Of a stretch of DNA of 64,000 nt, positions 39,533-54,141 are shown piece after piece. Both the position numbers and the translations under genes were made by a program. Below the pieces are notes generated by a model, which worked only from the letters and a program-made list of their open reading frames with translations, had not been told where the DNA came from and searched no databases. Each line of letters opens with the position of its first letter. Positions within the stretch are counted from its first letter, which is position 1. The DNA is from Paragordius varius (lineage: Eukaryota > Animalia > Nematomorpha), in NCBI GenBank assembly GCA_964247055.1, contig OZ176051.1:6758001-6822000 (forward strand). Reading direction: 5' to 3'.

Positions 39533-42006
39533 CAGTGGTACTCACCAAAAAATTTGAGGCCCAAATAAAATATAATTTTTTTTGAGGGCCATGAACCTTA
39601 GAATGGCAAATATTCCATAGCTATTTGTCACATATGCACATATACTCTAAATCAGCACAATGAATATTTTGCGGATCACATGTGAATTCAACTAAAAACT
39701 CGTTTTGCACCATTTAGTTTAAAAATTAAAATATTTTATAACACCATTTATTTTGATGCCAATAATATTTGACAAATTTTGTTTCGCTTTCACAGTCCAA
39801 TCTTAATAAGTCGTCCATATGATCACCGGTTAAGCGATTTCTGTCTGTATTCTTAACATACTTTATTTTTGAATATGCCGTCTCACACGTGTAAGTTGAG
39901 GGAAAAACAGTTAAGATAACTTGAGCACATTTTTTATATTTTCATATTTATTTGGCACATCTTGCAAAAACTCTACATTTTTCTTCGCGACGATTCTCCT
40001 TGATGGCCTAATCATTTTAAAATCTACGAATTCTTAAATGAGATGCGCCTGATCAAAACCGAAATGCTCTAGTTGCTTAATATTGGATATAATATGCCAT
40101 GGATTTTCAACGAGTTTTAAGCAATTTTTAATATTTCTCAATTCTTGAAATCTGAATTTCATCTCAGTATATAAAAATGTTAAATGATTGTTCTTTATTT
40201 AATTAATCTCCGCGCTAAATTTCATATTCTTCATGAATCGTTTTAAGTGTTGGAAAATATAGGAGGTTTTATTTGTAAAATCTTCTATATATATATTACT
40301 AATTTTTCTTCAAAAGCAAATATTAGATTAGCAAATTGGGTTATTTTGCTCCCTTGAATACTTGTATTAAAAACACTAGGTTTATAAGTAATGTCTCAAA
40401 GGTAAATGAAATTCACCATTTGCTATTAATTTCCTCGTCAAACTTTTTGTTATAAATAATAGAATTCATGTTAAACAAAAAATCTATTTATACTTTGCTA
40501 AGGGTTAGCTATCTCACAGCGGTGTAAAGAATATCATCAAACTCACTGTGGATATCTTTTAGAAGGTTTTTGAATTACGGCGGTTGAATTTTCTGCCAGA
40601 GATGTGGTTAACTATATCCACAACCGTTTTTAATTACTGAATTGTGATTCATCTTATACGCGCGAAACCAAGTTTTGCTGATGAATAAAGCAGTGAAAGG
40701 ATAAAATATTTTGCAAATTATAATAGTTTTTTAAAAGAGGAATAAATTATTCCAATTAGAGAGGGACAGCATTTGTGCAAATCGAAACTAATTTTTCATA
40801 GATATACATTATTATCGAAAAAAGTGCCAATTATTTCGAGAAAATCACTTCCTTTCGTGGTATTATTCATTGGTAAAAATTTTAAATATTTCTCTTTGAT
40901 AATGTTGTCGTTACAAAATCTCACGAAGAGCGCACATTGAGGTGTTGAAGTAATATCAGTGATAGAATCAATAGCAATTTAAATATTTGCACTTTTTCAG
41001 AGCCAATAATGTATTGTTAAAAATATATTTAGGCATATATTCAATGCGTCGAGCACATGTTGAATCAGAAAGTTGAAGTTTTTTAATTTGCCTCGTGATT
41101 TGATCTTTATTATGGAATTTATCCAATAAAAAAGTGGAACCATTTTTTAGACATTCTTTTAGGGAATCAGTAAACAGTTTCAGATTTTTTCCTAAAATAG
41201 AGAAAATTTCAACGAATCTAATGTTACAGCTTTTTTCTGGGGAGATATGGACATAATAGATTTTTCTTTCTGGTATAATTCCTTAATCTTTTTACATTTT
41301 TCGTCTCTTTCCTCATGATTTTCTGGTAATTTATCAGAATGATGGATTGTAAATTGTCTTTTAATATTGTATTTTTTTATAATTATGTTGTCCTTACATA
41401 TAAGCCGCTTAACAACATTTTTGTTCAAAACGACAAAGAATTTTTCTTCCCATTCTTTTTAAAGGAGCGATTTTTATCGGATAATTTATGTCTTTAAGCA
41501 TTAGATGTCATCCTTTGAATTTATGTTTAGATATTATCTAAATTTTTTTAAAAAAAATAGGAATAAAATTTGAATTATGCTATAAAAACTAGACGAAATT
41601 TAACTATGTTGATTTGAAAAATATTTTATGGAAATGAGCTATAAAAAATGATGCAGGATAGCAATGAAAAGAATATGTAGCAAGTTTGGGTGAAAAGCTG
41701 CTTAAATCAAAAAAGGAATGCAATAAAAATTTATAGAAAAGAAAATAGAATGCAGAAACAGAAACAACGTGTGCCAATTTGAAATCATTTTAATGTAGGG
41801 AAATTTTGCTACATTTCAAATTGGTTAAAAAATAAAAATTACCAAAATTAAATCTAAAGAAAATAAATTAATATTAAAATAAGCGAAAATCGGTTTTGTA
41901 TTTTAATGATTGATCAATAAATAATTTAGGTATCAATATGGTCATAGGGCAATTTTAAAGCGCTCTTAGTGACGCATGCGGCCCCCCCGCGGTTTGAGTC
42001 CCACTG
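39533..42006 (-). mobile_element. Complete fossil hAT (Charlie/SPIN-like) DNA transposon
   Basis: TIRs cagtggtactca (39533) and tgagtcccactg (ending 42006); 8-bp TSD ttttaaat / ttttagat (7 of 8 match); encloses a transposase remnant. Confidence 0.85.
39726..41511 (-). pseudogene. hAT transposase (GTF2IRD2/EPM2AIP1-like), many stops and frameshifts
   Basis: N-terminal zinc-finger remnant LICKDNIIIKKYNIKRQFTIHH, IAIDSITDITSTPQ (LDESTD equivalent), LVSICT, HCFIHQQ, and the C-terminal dimerisation motif STYTCETAYSKIKYVKNTDRNRL. Confidence 0.85.
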
Positions 42007-44746
42007 TTTTAGATACTAATAAAATGATTCTGATAATTTTGTATTATCATTAATGTTTATATATTATAGAGTATATAATATCTTTAGAAACAAAACTTGT
42101 GAATAACCTATATTTTGCTTTTAAGTAGCTTATTTTAACAAATCACCGTTTTGGGAATTTTTCGTCCTGGAATAAATAATTCACTCTATCTAATTTAAAA
42201 TTTAAATTTTGGGTATAATGATATATCAGGACTGGATGAAAACTTTTAAATAAAAAAAGTAGAGGCCCATGTTTTGATACTCGCATTATTAAATTACCAG
42301 GTTTTAGAAATATTATTAAATAAAAGTCAAATTATGCTCCCTGGTACTAGTTATAGAAAAAAAATTTACCATAAAAAATTTATAGATATCTTAGTAAAAT
42401 ATCTTCCTCAACATATATAGTCATAAGCGGAAAACGTTAGTGAAAAGTACGCAGATGGTTGATAAAATCCCATTTTGTATATCTGACATCAAACGACAAA
42501 CACAACCAAGTTTGCTAACTAGCGTTTAATTCATTCAGTAATCCTGTCGAATTATGTGCCTGAAAAAGACTTTTGTAACGCGCACTTCAGAGAAAAAGTT
42601 GTTTGATTTTTTGCATTATAAACCCTTTTTAGAAATTAAAGTTTATCTATAATATGAAAGCTACGTATTTCTCTAATATATGTTAATTTACAAAGTTGTT
42701 AATTTGTTAATATAACCTATTAGTTTTTGGGTTTTATTTTCTTTTTATGCAATGTTAACACCAAAGATTCAGCAAATCTTCTTGAAAAACTAAATTTTAA
42801 ACCTTCTTCGTATATATATATGGTATTATTAGAGTGATGTCATTTTTAACGTTCATTAAAAACCGAAAAGCCTACAAAACTAGTGAGAAAAATATCAAAT
42901 ATCTTGGCTACAAATTTATAGAATATTTTGGATTTTAAATAAATATCAAATTAAAATTTTTTTGTCTGAATAATTATGTAAATCTAAATTAGTAAACAAT
43001 TTTTTTTAAATCTTTAAAATCAAATTTATCCAACGGAATCACTTTGTTTATTCATAGAGACAAATATTTAATAAAATATTGTAAGTGCTGGAAATGTATC
43101 ATTAAAGAACTATAAATATCGTTGTAAAACGCAAACTAGCTAACTAAAACTTCATATTTTTACTCATAAGCGTTTCTAAAATTGGACCGTAAACGATAGA
43201 TCATTCATATTAAATTAAGGAAAAAAGCTCTTTAATTCTCAAAATGACATCCCACCATGTCACTCACGTGAGGCAATGAATTGTTAAAGCTATAATAAAG
43301 GTGTGGATAGTTTAACTCTTCGATTAAGATTTGGGTTCTAAGGACTACAGACTATATTAGATATTAAAAATACTGAAAGAAACGGTTCCAATTTAGATTT
43401 ATACTTCTATCCAAATAAAATTATATAAATAAACCATAACATGTATGGATACAATTTAATTTAAAAATTTGCTTATCAAACTACTTCGATGCCATTTTGA
43501 ATTTACATATTTTTGCAAAATATCGTTTTAATTGATTCTAACGCTAAAATTAAAGCTAATTTTATTAAAATTACATCTACATTGATAAACAAAAAGGTTT
43601 ATTTTGTACTATTATATATATTGAGCTAATGGAAATATGTCATATTGACTAAATTTTTACCTTAGGTATCCATAATAAAGTAATATCAAGGTTTTTTAAT
43701 AATTTTTTTATATGGTGCATTGTTGAAATGTAAATACAATCTTCAATAGTTACAATTTGTATGTTTTTAAAAATATTTGGATTCAAACCTGCTCGGGGTA
43801 CCTGAAGACACCAATTTGAATCGGATTGGAATGAATGTGTTGTATACAAGTGTTATATTATTTTAACGTTTTTATCTGCTTTAATTAGACCGAAGGAGTC
43901 CAACACACGGTCCTCGGAGACATTTGCATGATCCGCAAAAAATTGGAAAATTTTTAAATAAACATGAAATTCCACATAATTTGCACAAATATGCTGATTG
44001 ATTTTTTTAAAAAAAATATAAATAAATTTTCTTAAACAATGAACAAGATAAAATTGGCTAATTTTTCGCATTTTATACACTTTTATGTTAGAATTTTAAT
44101 GGAATATGTAAGTATTTTTTTGATTCTGCCCTCGGGTTTTTTGGGTCCAAGATGTAGCCCGCGAAGATGTTTGCGTTGGACACCCCTGAATTTAGCCAGG
44201 CAATTCAAACTAATCAATAATTATAAACAAAAAAAACATTAGTTATAAATTAATTGTTAAATATTTTTAAAAAAGAACATAGGATCATAATCCAAAAAAA
44301 TAAATAACATATCCAAAAATCGTTATTTTTTTTAACAATTAAAACCAACCAGTTTAAACCCATCTAAACCATTTCTGATGCATAAATTTTTGTGTGATGA
44401 TTTCTAATTAACAACATTGTTTTACATAAACTTTATGATTTGTTTTGTTTAACATTCGTAATATTTAATTTTGGCATTCAGTAGTCTCAACATAGGTATT
44501 TTTGAAATTTATACATATAAATATATATAGGTTCAATCATATAAATGATAAGTGTAAGATATGGATATAAAATTATTTAAATATTTTTCCTTGGTTAAAG
44601 TAAATAGGAAAAAGGTCATTTAATATCAAGTTTATTTTATCATTGCAAAAATGCTGATCTGTTTAAATTTATCTCTTAATTGATCAATCCTAATTAAATA
44701 ATATTTAATATTTTTCATTTTTAATTAATAAAAAAAATAATTAAAT

Positions 44747-47700
44747 ATGATTTTGACTTGGATATTTTCATTATGTATCCCAAATTTGGTCCTTGCAAAT
44801 TATAATGATGAAGCTATAAAAAATGTAATGTGTCAAAAGAGATATCCTCGCTTTGAAAATTTACAGAATTTTACATTTAGTTCAAGGTAATTATAATTAA
44901 ATATTTATTAAACATATTTTATCATTATGTTATTTCGTAGCAAAATGTTTCAATTTTAACCGCTAAAATTAGATTTTAATGAACAAGTTCTCTATAAAAT
45001 ATGCATAATTTTGATCTATTAATAATCTGATGGATAATCATAAAGTTTATAAAAATTAAGGTTTATTTATTAATATCCATTTTTTATAATGTTTAGCTTA
45101 TCCTTGAACACATACCAACTAAAAAAGGAAAATGATCTCATCATTCTGGAATTACCTTTGATTACCAGTACCATCAATATAAATCAATTAAAGTTTGAAT
45201 TCAATAGACCCGACATTTATCAATATGATTTTGCACTTTTATGGCATGAGTTCAAATTAGATGTAAATTTATTTAATTTTTGTTGATTTATTTAAAATAG
45301 AGTCAATAAAAGGGGACCAGGTGATTTCATACTTTGGGCCAAATTTATATAGAATGTTGAAATATATGGAAATCAATTTGTATTTGTTAATTAATTGATA
45401 AAATATAAAATTGTAAAGTAAACAATGCTTTTCATGAATTTTCAAACCTTTATTATCAAATAAATAAATCTAGTTATGTTATCTCTATAAGAGATTCTTA
45501 ATCTGGCCGTAAAAAAATATAGGAGGGAATTAAAAGTTTTTACATCTTACAAATTGAAGATACACTCAGTGGCGTATCGAGGGAGTCAGGGGGTGCATCA
45601 TGCCCCGTGCGCCGAAATAAATTATGCAAAAATAATAACAACTTTTAAGTAATTTTTCAGCAATTACGTAATAATCCCTAAAATAATATAAAAATTATAT
45701 AAATTAGATCAAAAGCAAACATTATGCTAAAAACAACATTTATGTAGGTATTCATTGCCTTTAATTAAATTATTTAAACTTTTTTCTTTCTGTTCAAAAC
45801 CTTATCTCTTATTCTTATAAATATTTGCATTTATTTTAATATTCAATTTCAAAACTCAATTTTATTTATTCTCTCTCTGTTAAAAACCTTATCTCTTATT
45901 CTTATAAATATTTGTATTTTATTTTAATTATATTCCATTTGAAAACTCAATTTTATTTATTTAAATTTCCCACATCATCCCATCTCTAACAAAGAAGGTT
46001 TTTATTATTAAGCCTTGTATTTGTTATAATTATTTTCTTTCATCAGATGTCAATGGCTAAACTTAGCAGTAACGCAAATAGAAAACGAAAAATTCAGGAA
46101 AAGAAACAAATAAAATGGGAATGAGTTTGAAATCTTATTTAAAGTATTGGTTTTTTCGACGTGTCTGTAAAAAAGAAGGATTCGAAGTCGCGAGGTCTTG
46201 GCTTTTAACCAAAGAACAGATCTGAGTGTTGTTTTTGTCTACTTTTTGATCGATCTAATTCTTAAACATCATCTTTTAGTTTTAATAAATGGGATTAAAT
46301 TGTTTTATTGACTTTCAAAAAGAGGAGGGGGGTGACGCCATAAGAGTTTTACCCGGGCACCGCAAATGCTCGGTACGCCACTGGATCCACTTCTATCATT
46401 TTAATAAATACTTGTTGATTTCAAGATAAACTAAGATAATTATATTCGCCAAGATTAACAAGGCCAGATCAAAAATATGCCGGAAATAGCCTGGATTTAG
46501 GAAAGCAAATCCGATTTTTTTCTCAAAATGTACGAATTTCAGTTTAAACCATGAGATTTAAAAAAAAATTTGCGAAAAAACTAGGGCGGTTCCAAAAATA
46601 TGTGTTTTGCAACTAAATTGGTAACTGATATTCTCAATATTAATATTCATATCATTAACTTACGGCGTGAGAACAGGCAATCATTACTAAAAAATTATTT
46701 TAGAGGCAAAGATATCTTTAATGAATATATTATCTTGCTTGTAATTAACAAGATATGATCTTTGTTCAAAATATTTTAAAATAAAATAATTATTGATAAA
46801 AATTGGGCTTAACATGTAATTATAAAATTTAAACATATAAAATAAATATCAATACATTATTTGTTGAATAAAAAATATCTGTTTTAAAAAACAACTTCAG
46901 TATCTCCGTAAAATATTTATCATAATTTATCCATGCACCTAAAATTTGCTACACTGTTATGGCCATTAAATTTTGGTTAATTATAAGAGTCTGAGGCTCC
47001 ATTCAGGTTTCCAATTAATAGGCGAACATATTCAAATAGAATTCGTGTGAGTATTATTGTTTGAATATTTTTCGGAAATATTTATATGATACCATGTTCA
47101 TCATAAATATTTTGTATAATTAAATTAATTATGACGTTAATTTTAGCAATTTGTGTATTTTTAAAAAAATACAATTGGACATTTTTTAACTTGTACCGAG
47201 CTGATTTTTTTAACTTGGAAACTTAAACCGAATTTTTAAAATATTAAAATAATACTGGGGAGTCTCTCAAAATTTTGGAGCCGTAACCTAAGGATTCTTG
47301 AAAAAGGGTAATAAGATTAAAGTTGGTTAAAAAACTATCAGAATCAGTTTTGTTAAAAACTCAAGGAACTAATCTTTGTTTCTAGGTGGATCGGATTTCT
47401 TTGTAATTCCTGGTAAATCTGAGCATTTGCAACAATTTTTATAAACTAAATGTCATATATTTTAGGATTTAAATATAACATTTAGTATTTTACAGGAATA
47501 AAAGCCCCGTTTTTTCCAGCCGAGATAACCATTAGATATAGTTTTAAGACCTAATAAATAACATGTAAAATAATTTTAAGTAGTAGCATCGCTTTAGACA
47601 TTAGAAAAAAGAGAGCGGGTGTTGACAAAAGGAAACCCAGGGCTGTAAATTTTGTAAGCTTTATTCACCTTTTATCGGTAAATTAAAGGTTATAATACAT

Positions 47701-50700
47701 TATATCCTATGTGTGATATAGTATTTTATAGACGTTGACATGAAATATTTGGAGCATTTGATATTAGACAATACAAATTCCACCACCATAGTGCCTTTCG
47801 GGTATTCGCTTCCACCAATCAATAACCAAAGTATGTTGTTAACGAGATATGTTAAGAAAAGCTATAGTACAACCAGTTATATGGTAAGTGAATATTTTAG
47901 TTGCTTATTTAATCACAATTTTTTTAAATCAGACATTTCTTTGGATCATATGTAATCATTATTTTATTAATTAAATAATTTTGGAGATGTCTTACTTTTA
48001 TATTATTAAAATTAAAATAGGACAGACAATGGCTGTATACGATCATAATACATTTACAATATTGAATACTTATAATTTCATCATATTTAGTTACGAATTT
48101 ATAATCAGTACCAAAAACCAACTCTGTTCTATGAAATGAAATCATACGTAATTTTAAGCGGAAGTCTCAGGAATGAAAACTATAGTTTAATTGGTGTTAC
48201 TTATAATATCAATACATCAGACTATGCAAATTCATACGTTCGGGCACCAAAAATAAATGTTGTAATTCAAAAGTGCTATCCAGGTCCGTATACTATCTAT
48301 TAAAACGACAAGATATATTTGTGATAACTTTACAAACAGTGCATGTTAAATAAAATATTTTATTTTGAAATATTATAATGATAAAAATCTTAAATCTGGA
48401 TTTTCATGGTTAGTAGTGACCCTTATAGAGTATTAAAAAGAGTTATTTCACTTTTAAAGTGATTTCACGGTATTAAAAATCTCGAATTAGGGAACATTTT
48501 AACAATAACAAAAACTAGAGGCTTTAAACCAAAATATTTGAATATATTTGAAAATATATAAAGCCAAATAAAATATATTTCATTTTCGATTTTGTATGTG
48601 AGCTCCGTAAGTCTAATATTTTGGATTCCTTTAAAATAGACTATCCAAAAACGCAAAAGAGTCAAGATTTCGAGATAAAATTACATGCTGGCATCAAGGC
48701 ATACTTAACATCTAATAAAATAGCAAAATTTTGTTTCGGCGCATTTTAAGTAAGCATGTTGAAAAACAGTATAAAGCTTTAAAACATATGATACCATTTT
48801 ACACAAATTACGTTGTAAAGATAACTATTACATCAGCATTTTGTGAAAAAACTCGTGTATATATGGATATTAAAATTTTTTGCTTATAAACAATAAAATT
48901 TTTTTTTTTTTAAAAAATAATAGGAACCAAAACCGAATTATCAAATCAGAACCCTTTTTTTAAAGGACAAAAATTTTAACCGAAATGGATACAATATTTA
49001 AGAGATGACAAACGAATATAGAAAAATAAGAGACCTCTCACGTGTATTTAATATGTAATATTAGGAAAATAACCTCAACATTGTACAACAGAAAACCGGA
49101 TATTTAACCCTATGAAAAATTTTTTTTTAGGATTGTTGTAAATTATTGCGAAAATTTATACAAATTACATATATAATGTAATTTTGACGGTAATAGAGTT
49201 TGTAAGATTTGTTAAAAAAAATATAATTTAATAACGTGATATTTCTATAATATATATATATATATATCATTTACTTAGGTCCCCAACCAATTTTACAAAA
49301 TTATAACCGAATTTTTGGCAAAGGTATATTATATTGCAAAATTTCAATTAATATATTATGTAAATATATCTAAAATCAAAAAGTAAATAACAACTGGAAT
49401 ATCAAAAACTTTATTGGGATTAAATTTTCTTGAATTCTTTAACCATCTAATTGTTTTTAAAAGTGGTTCGTTCAGTAAGTGAGTAGTGGGAAGGGGTGTC
49501 TGCATGCTCCGGGCGTCATATTTAAAGAATCGTTGAATTTTGGAAATAAATAAAATTCCTTAAATTTTAAAATATAAATTTATTTTAAATAGATTATCTT
49601 TAAATTCAGACATACATAGGTCAGAAAAATTTTGGTTCATTTTGAGAAATGATAATATGATTAGATAAAGAGTGAGGATTTTAATTTTCATATATTAAAA
49701 GTTCAAAATTTGGCACACTGTATTATATAAAAATGAAACTTTAACCAAAAATTTATACCCTGGTCCCGAGTGTACGAAGCTTGCAGCACAGTAATATTAT
49801 AGTATATGGTCTAAAATTTCAACAATAGAATACCAGTAAATATATATGGATTTTTTCGATTGGATATTTTCGCCAGCATCAACAAATAGAAAAATTTCTA
49901 AATTAATCCAAAGTGTCCCAAAACCCAATTATAGTGTCGAATTTAAATTTATATGTTTTAGCTTATAATTTAAGCAATAAAAGTGAAAATGTTTTTTCCC
50001 TATTAACGATACAGCCTATAATCAATAATATGGCTGTTTGCTATGAGAATATTTTTTCGCTTCGTGTAAAAAAATGTTTTAACACATTTTATTTTTCTGG
50101 GTGCGCAAACGCTTATACATTATATACTAACTGTGTTTAATTGAAGTAGTAAAAACAATGTGAGAAAAACTACAAAATGTTTAATAGGTAAGAATTGGAC
50201 TTTCCCTGATATCTAAAAAGAATTAGGCGATTTAAACACGGATTAGATGAAAATTTTACAAACAAAAAACCTTATATATTTCCCTTTTAGAATTGTATAT
50301 CGATGAAGCCGTTTCATGCGAATTTATTCACCATGCTGGGCTTTACAATTTGATTATTTCAGACACAACTTATGTTAGGTATTAACATTTATTTTACAAT
50401 ATTAAAATATATGATTAGTTATATTATCACAAAGGTAATAAATCAATTTTATTGTATTATAAAATAGCAATGGTAGTTATTACCCATGGACCCCAAATGC
50501 AAAACGAATAGATATGATACTGTCGTCCAACCCAATCATAACGGTCAATGATAGATTGACAACATTAAAAATCTTTGATAGAACTAATGAAAACGCTATT
50601 CAACGTGCTTTGAGTGTTTGGTCCAACAGAAACGTTACCATAGAAGCTAATGTAATTTATCGATTTGCCAAAATTTTAAAACCAATACAAGATTAATGAT

Positions 50701-51226
50701 TTTATGCAAACAATTCAATTTATGCTAAATTTGAAAATAGAATAATATTCTTTTATCATATTTACATACTTAAGTAATTTGAATTGCCTAAGCACTGCAC
50801 ACTTTCAAAAATATTTAAACATTCTTTTTATTTAGGCGATCGTAAATACAAACATGTATCAAACGTCCACCTGCTCCTTCATTTGCCTTAATCTTTTTAA
50901 CGGAACTGAAATGTATATGCATTCGACTGCATCTGAAAGAGTAAATATTTTTATAGACACTTTTATTTTTGTATGATTATTGTAAAACGCTAAAGTATTT
51001 TAAGCTTGTATGTACTATTTTATTTTAGATGGCCATAATTCAACAAGGGTCATCCGTCGTTATAAGGAAATTGGGATTAAATCAATTAAGAATAGATACT
51101 TTACCGAACACTCTTCTGATTCAAGTAGTATGTGTTAGAGTCATAGCAAATACAAACGGCACCGATATTGATTATGATTTAACAAAAAGGGTTTCCTTCC
51201 ATCGTACGCTTAAAATCTGTCCATGA
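44747..51226 (+). CDS. Orphan predicted secreted glycoprotein, 11 exons, about 434 aa
   Basis: Phase-consistent GT-AG model: 44747-44886, 45097-45249, 45301-45320, 47386-47412, 47496-47540, 47732-47883, 48091-48283, 50291-50378, 50468-50651, 50836-50940, 51029-51226 (TGA), 1305 nt open. Signal-peptide-like N-terminus MILTWIFSLCIPNLVLA, 9 N-x-S/T sequons, no obvious TM segment. Confidence 0.7.
45567..46383. mobile_element. Non-autonomous hAT element (CAGTGGCGTA-type TIR) in intron 3 of the secreted-protein gene
   Basis: TIRs cagtggcgtatcgag and ctcggtacgccactg (14 of 15 match), TSD gatacact / gatccact (7 of 8); internal tandem duplication of about 75-80 bp at 45797-45961. Confidence 0.85.
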
Positions 51227-52492
51227 TACATAAATCTTATGTACCTATATTCTTGATTTTTGCGCTAAAATATGAAAATTTGCCTGTAAAGATATCAATC
51301 ATATTCAATAAATTATTAATAAAAATAATAAGTAATACATAGACTTGATATTTTTTACTTTGTAAAACTATACAAATTCTCCCTAAAACAGTGTTTATAA
51401 CATTACATGTTTCAACTCGGGAAAGCGGTCATGTTATACTACTGTATATTGGGTGTATAATAATTAAAATTTAATAATTTAATAAACACAAGGCGCTAAT
51501 CCAATTATTTTACTGGAATTATTTTATGCATGCCACGCATTTTAGATGTAGCGCGGTTTGCTAAATAAAATTTGGTTGGCAACGCTGCTTAAGATCATAG
51601 TTAATATTTTTTGAATGATGGATGCAAAGTTAGTAGAAAACATTAATAATCATTAAAGCGGTGAAAATCTTCGAAAAGAAATATTGAATTTGGGGCATCT
51701 GGATCGACTTAATGCGCTTTAAAATAGAATACTGAACTTAAACAGATGTCCAAGATATTATGATATAATTACCCTAAAACAAATTTTAAGCAAAATCATA
51801 ACAAAGGACATAAAAAATTGAAAATTGATATCGTTGCCTACACTTACAAATAGATATCGCAAAAGGTGCATTAGTAAAAAAATTAATTTAAAACTTCAAA
51901 TAAGTTAAAATTTTCTTTTGCCTATTTTATAAACTTAAAAGCATTCAGACCAGTTGTATCACCAAAAAATTTTGATCGAATAAAATTTTTATCTTAATAA
52001 GCACACAATATAATACCGACAAATCTTGCATAGTTTGACACGAATTCAGATATTAGTGATCTAATACCGAGATTTTTCGAGTCGCGCAAAAAGCGCAGCT
52101 AAAATGCTTGTGCCAGTTGGTTGAATTAAAAATATTTTGTTAATAACATCTTATAAAAACAAATTATTTTGATATTAACCGAAAATCTTTGAAAAATATG
52201 GTCTTATATCATGACAGGCCAATTAAATACTTCTATCTAAATATGCCTTATTGATGCCATTTGATTGGAAACTATAAAGATAATTCCAGCACATTTTTAA
52301 TTTCATGATAGTCTATTCTTTGCGACTGTCTTTTAATAATTTCCATAAATTGGAATCATTATAATCACGGATTGAGCCCCACGGCTTTCAAAAAAAGCTT
52401 ATCATTTCTCGAAACATATTTATTGGATTATTACAAAAATATCAAAACGGATAATATTAAACAATAACACTTATTGCTTCTAAATAAGACTT

Positions 52493-52958
52493 AAGGCCGC
52501 CTCCGTTTGAATATCATTAATTCAGACCGTTTGTTTTTCGTTCTCCCGGTCAATACATATGGTTGTGAGAGCTGGACTTCTCAGAAAAAGAGACAAAGAA
52601 AGGCTCATGGCTTTCGAAAGGAGCTGCTGGCGTAGGATGCTAGGATAAAATTAAGAATGGGAATCTAACTACAGAAATAAAGCCTAAAACAAACTTCCTG
52701 GAGATTAAAAAGAAAGTTAACATATTTTGGTCATGTCATGCTATCGAATTCTCTAGAGAAAGATACATTGTTTGGGAAGGTAGAAGGACAAAGGAAATGA
52801 GGCCGACCACCGATGAGGTGGTTGGATATGATAAAAGAGGAGACTAAAATGACATTAAACGAACTTAATCTAGCGGTAAAAGATAGAAGAAAGTGGAAAG
52901 AAATAGTGAAAACTATATCCAAAAAGTCGTTTACGACTTAGTAATTAACCAACCAACC
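52493..52958 (+). mobile_element. 5'-truncated RTE (BovB-like) retrotransposon 3' end
   Basis: Degenerate peptides TYGCESWT, AFERSCWRRML, YFGHVM, KVEGQRK-GRPPMRWLDMIKE; 3' stem-loop aagtcgtttacgactt and an (AACC)3 tail; a different family from the 5.6-kb RTE. Confidence 0.8.
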
Positions 52959-54141
52959 ATTAAAAAATTACCAATTTTGTGAAATCCTAATTATCACCGC
53001 ATGAACGACTGGAAAATTAAGATAACTCAATTATCTATATTGGATTTTATTGACACAATGTTTCATAATGCAATGTTAAGGTTTCGGTTAAAAAAACGTT
53101 TGCGTTTAATTAAATACAAAAAAAGTGGTTACAAAATTTACTGTTAAATTGGGGCCAAAAATTACCGATAAACTCTGATATGAAAAAATTCTTGGGTGTT
53201 AGACCAATTTTCTTTTCAATAGTATTTATGAAGTTTAAAGAAATAAATTTTAAATTTACAAGAATGGCAGTTAAAAAAAGTCAAAATTTGTTGGCTAGTG
53301 TTATTTTTATGTTAATCTCAGAAAATATATATACATATATATATATATATTACTTGCTCAATGCCAACCATTATATTAAAACTTTAATTTTCAAATTGAT
53401 ATCATAAGAAAGAGCGATTCCAAAATATAACTTTTAAAACCTATTTTTTGAAAAAAAAATAAAAATTTTAAAATCCGACGCACTATAAACTATGGCCCTC
53501 GCTGAATCAGCCCCTCCCTCACCTAGCTAGACCACTGATAGTCGGAAACCACAATTTATCACAACAAATTGGAAAATATAAACACAAATTGGATTTTGAG
53601 TTTCCAATCCTCGAACCTATGACTCTTATCAAAGCTCTAGAAAAACAAAAATACTTTGATTGAAAGATGCTGAAGAATTGTTTAACACCAAACTGTTATG
53701 GCAAAAAACAATGCCAAATAATTGATGGTATTTATTATTTTTTCAGAGTATCATTAATTTTGTTTTCCAAAGCTTGCCTTATTTCTCTTTGTGGTTTGGT
53801 GAGGCCGGTTGCTTTATATAAATGTTTGTCTTCCAAATAAAGCTTTTTGCATTCTTCATGGAAATCGGGATCTAAAATCCTAACATAAAAGATGAATATA
53901 CCATTTATTAACGCATCTATTTACTATATGACTTTTTTTTCGGCATTTCCAAATTACTGAAACATTGTTATGCTTTAAACAACAATCATTGAAATCTAAA
54001 TCCTAAAGAATATATACCATCAATTTCCTTATTACATTTTGTTTCTTTTGCAATTTTAGCTTTCAGATTAAAAACTAAAATTTCTTCCAAATGTCGCAGA
54101 TCCTTTTTTTCTGACATGCTGGTTTCATCTGAGAAACCTTT

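Noticed and set aside
43828-43929. Short plus-strand ORF with a signal-peptide-like start (MNVLYTSVILFLTFLSALIRP)
   Set aside because: Only about 33 codons, no supporting exons or homology; indistinguishable from chance
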